From positions 138,446,001-138,510,000 of the forward strand of contig NC_042999.1 in NCBI RefSeq assembly GCF_006345805.1: a DNA stretch of 64,000 nt, in the 5' to 3' direction. The DNA comes from Octopus sinensis (taxonomy: Eukaryota). Positions 62,311 to 64,000 of the stretch are shown here, piece after piece; position 1 is the stretch's first letter; every line of letters starts with the position of its first letter. The position numbers and the translations under genes were made by a program. The notes under the pieces are model-generated. The model searched no databases, was not told where the DNA came from, and was given only the letters and a program-made list of their open reading frames with translations.

Positions 62311-62554
62311 CAAGGTAGGAAAATATTGGTATCAGTTGGTGGTAAGTGGAGCCTACAGGAAAAGCGACTTCTTGATACGCAATGATAAAAATAAGGACTT
62401 GGTTAAAATGTAATTTCCTAAACGTTCTTCGCGACCGTTTGTCAAATCTTTTAAAGTCAGTTTTATTATTTGTTTAATCTTATGAAATTTAATTTTATAA
62501 AATATCAAAGAAAAATTGATATATCGTTTTTTTTCTATTTTTTATCTTTTTATT

Positions 62555-62958
62555 TGTTTCAGTCATGCTGGGGCACCGCCTTGAAGGGTTTTAGTCGAAC
62601 AAATCAACCCCAGGACTTTTTTAAAACTTAGTACTTATTCTATAGGCGCTTTTTTGCCGAACCGCTAGGTTACGGGGACTAAACACGCCGACATTGGTTA
62701 TCAAGCGGTGCTGGGAGACAAACACAGACACAAAGATATATATATATTATATATATATATATATACATACATACACACACATGCATGCACACACACACAA
62801 ACATACGACGGGCTTCTTTCAGTTTCCGTCTACCAAATCCTCTCACAAATCTTTGGTCGGTCCGATGCTATAGTAGAAGACATTTGCACATGGTGTCGCA
62901 CAGTGGGCCTGAACCCGGGACCATGTAGTTGGGAAGCAAGCTTAGCATACAGTCACGC
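62555..62958 (-). mobile_element. Diverged SINE-B copy
   Basis: tgtttcagtcatgctggggcaccgcc...gacgggcttctttcagtttccgtctaccaaatc...ctgaacccgggaccatgt. Confidence 0.85.
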
Positions 62959-64000
62959 TAAATTTTATAGTGGGGTTTTTCTGAGACATGGACTGTATTT
63001 TAAGTTTTCACCAAAGCTAGAAAACGATTGTTTCTGCTTTCCTAGCGCCATAAAAAGTTGGTTATGCAGAAGTTCTTTGTTTCATATCCACTGATGGAAC
63101 TCAAGATTTGAATTTTCTTTTTATTCATCTGGAATGTCCAGATTCAATAAAATCAAGATGGCATTCTGATTTTTTCCCTAGGGGGAATTTCAACCGTGTT
63201 TCGTGGTCTGCTACCACAACAGCTCCTTTATAGGATCCAGTTAGCCCAAGACATCATCAGGAGGAACCACGCCCGCTTTCGGCCCCTACTCCTCTACCAT
63301 TTTGACATGCATGTCTTCTTTCTTCCGTTCCCTGACCTCTTCGATGTAGCGTCAACGAGTGTCCGCAGGCGACTGACTGTCTTGTCAAATTTTTTCCTTT
63401 AAATACCTGCTGCTAGGCTCCAGCAGGCAGCCCCAGCAAGTTGTCACGTGACACTATCTCAACTTTAACTGACCAATGAAGACGCGTAGTCTCAGCTCAC
63501 GCATTCTCTAAACGATACCGTCATCTGTCAATCTGTCAATTTTCAAGAAAGCATTTTGTTGTTGAATGGGGAAAAATTTCCCGCCAGTTGAAATATTTTA
63601 TAATACATAATAGTCTGTTAAAACTTCTATGTGTAAGTTATTTATCGCTCTTCATGAATGCTTAGATTTCTCACTATTGTTGCTTCTCCTTATCCGTTCA
63701 TTGACATACATCTGCTTTTAAGGTGATTACTAATAGTTATTGTTTCATGTTTTAACTACACTTTCTATTTCTTTTTATTATTTTCTCTTTTAGTTGTATC
63801 TACAATTACGAGTGTGTGTACATTTGTGAATACGTGTATATTCAGTTGGTTAGTTTTGATGTTGTTAATACATTTTTCAAGTTATTTTGTTGCGCTAATT
63901 ATCTCACAGTCCGATTTGTCTTTCTGTAAACGCCTGTCTCTGTGTTTCCTATGCATTTGTTCAGCTAACAATTTCTGTGCGTTTATTTGCATGTGTGCAA

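Overview
AT-rich, microsatellite-dense eukaryotic DNA. The SINE families look like those of octopus (coleoid cephalopod); this is my recognition of the repeats, not a database result. No complete host gene is visible, and most ORF-track entries are microsatellite artefacts. The window is a stack of transposons. (i) A near-complete L1/Tx1-clade LINE (14761-20020; ORF1 with a CCHC knuckle, ORF2 with APE endonuclease, RT and a C-terminal zinc finger) is nested in a non-autonomous Helitron, and three other Tx1-type relics are present, one with ORF1 only. (ii) There is a full-length decayed mariner and a second mariner fragment. (iii) R4/Dong-like and RTE-like LINE fragments, a Helitron helicase relic and three tRNA-derived SINE families are scattered through the window. 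(iv) The most striking signal is about a dozen loci carrying type I hammerhead-ribozyme folds (stem I, CUGANGA, stem II, GAAA, a palindromic stem III, NUH). They occur in unrelated sequence families, one next to a Penelope-like GIY-YIG relic. Most sit in large fold-back inverted repeats with a consistent outward polarity, and one is in a ~398-nt tandem that resembles a retrozyme. All structures were folded by eye and none is experimentally shown. A candidate promoter (42257-42400) and a candidate 66-nt exon (39414-39479) are the only hints of host genes.
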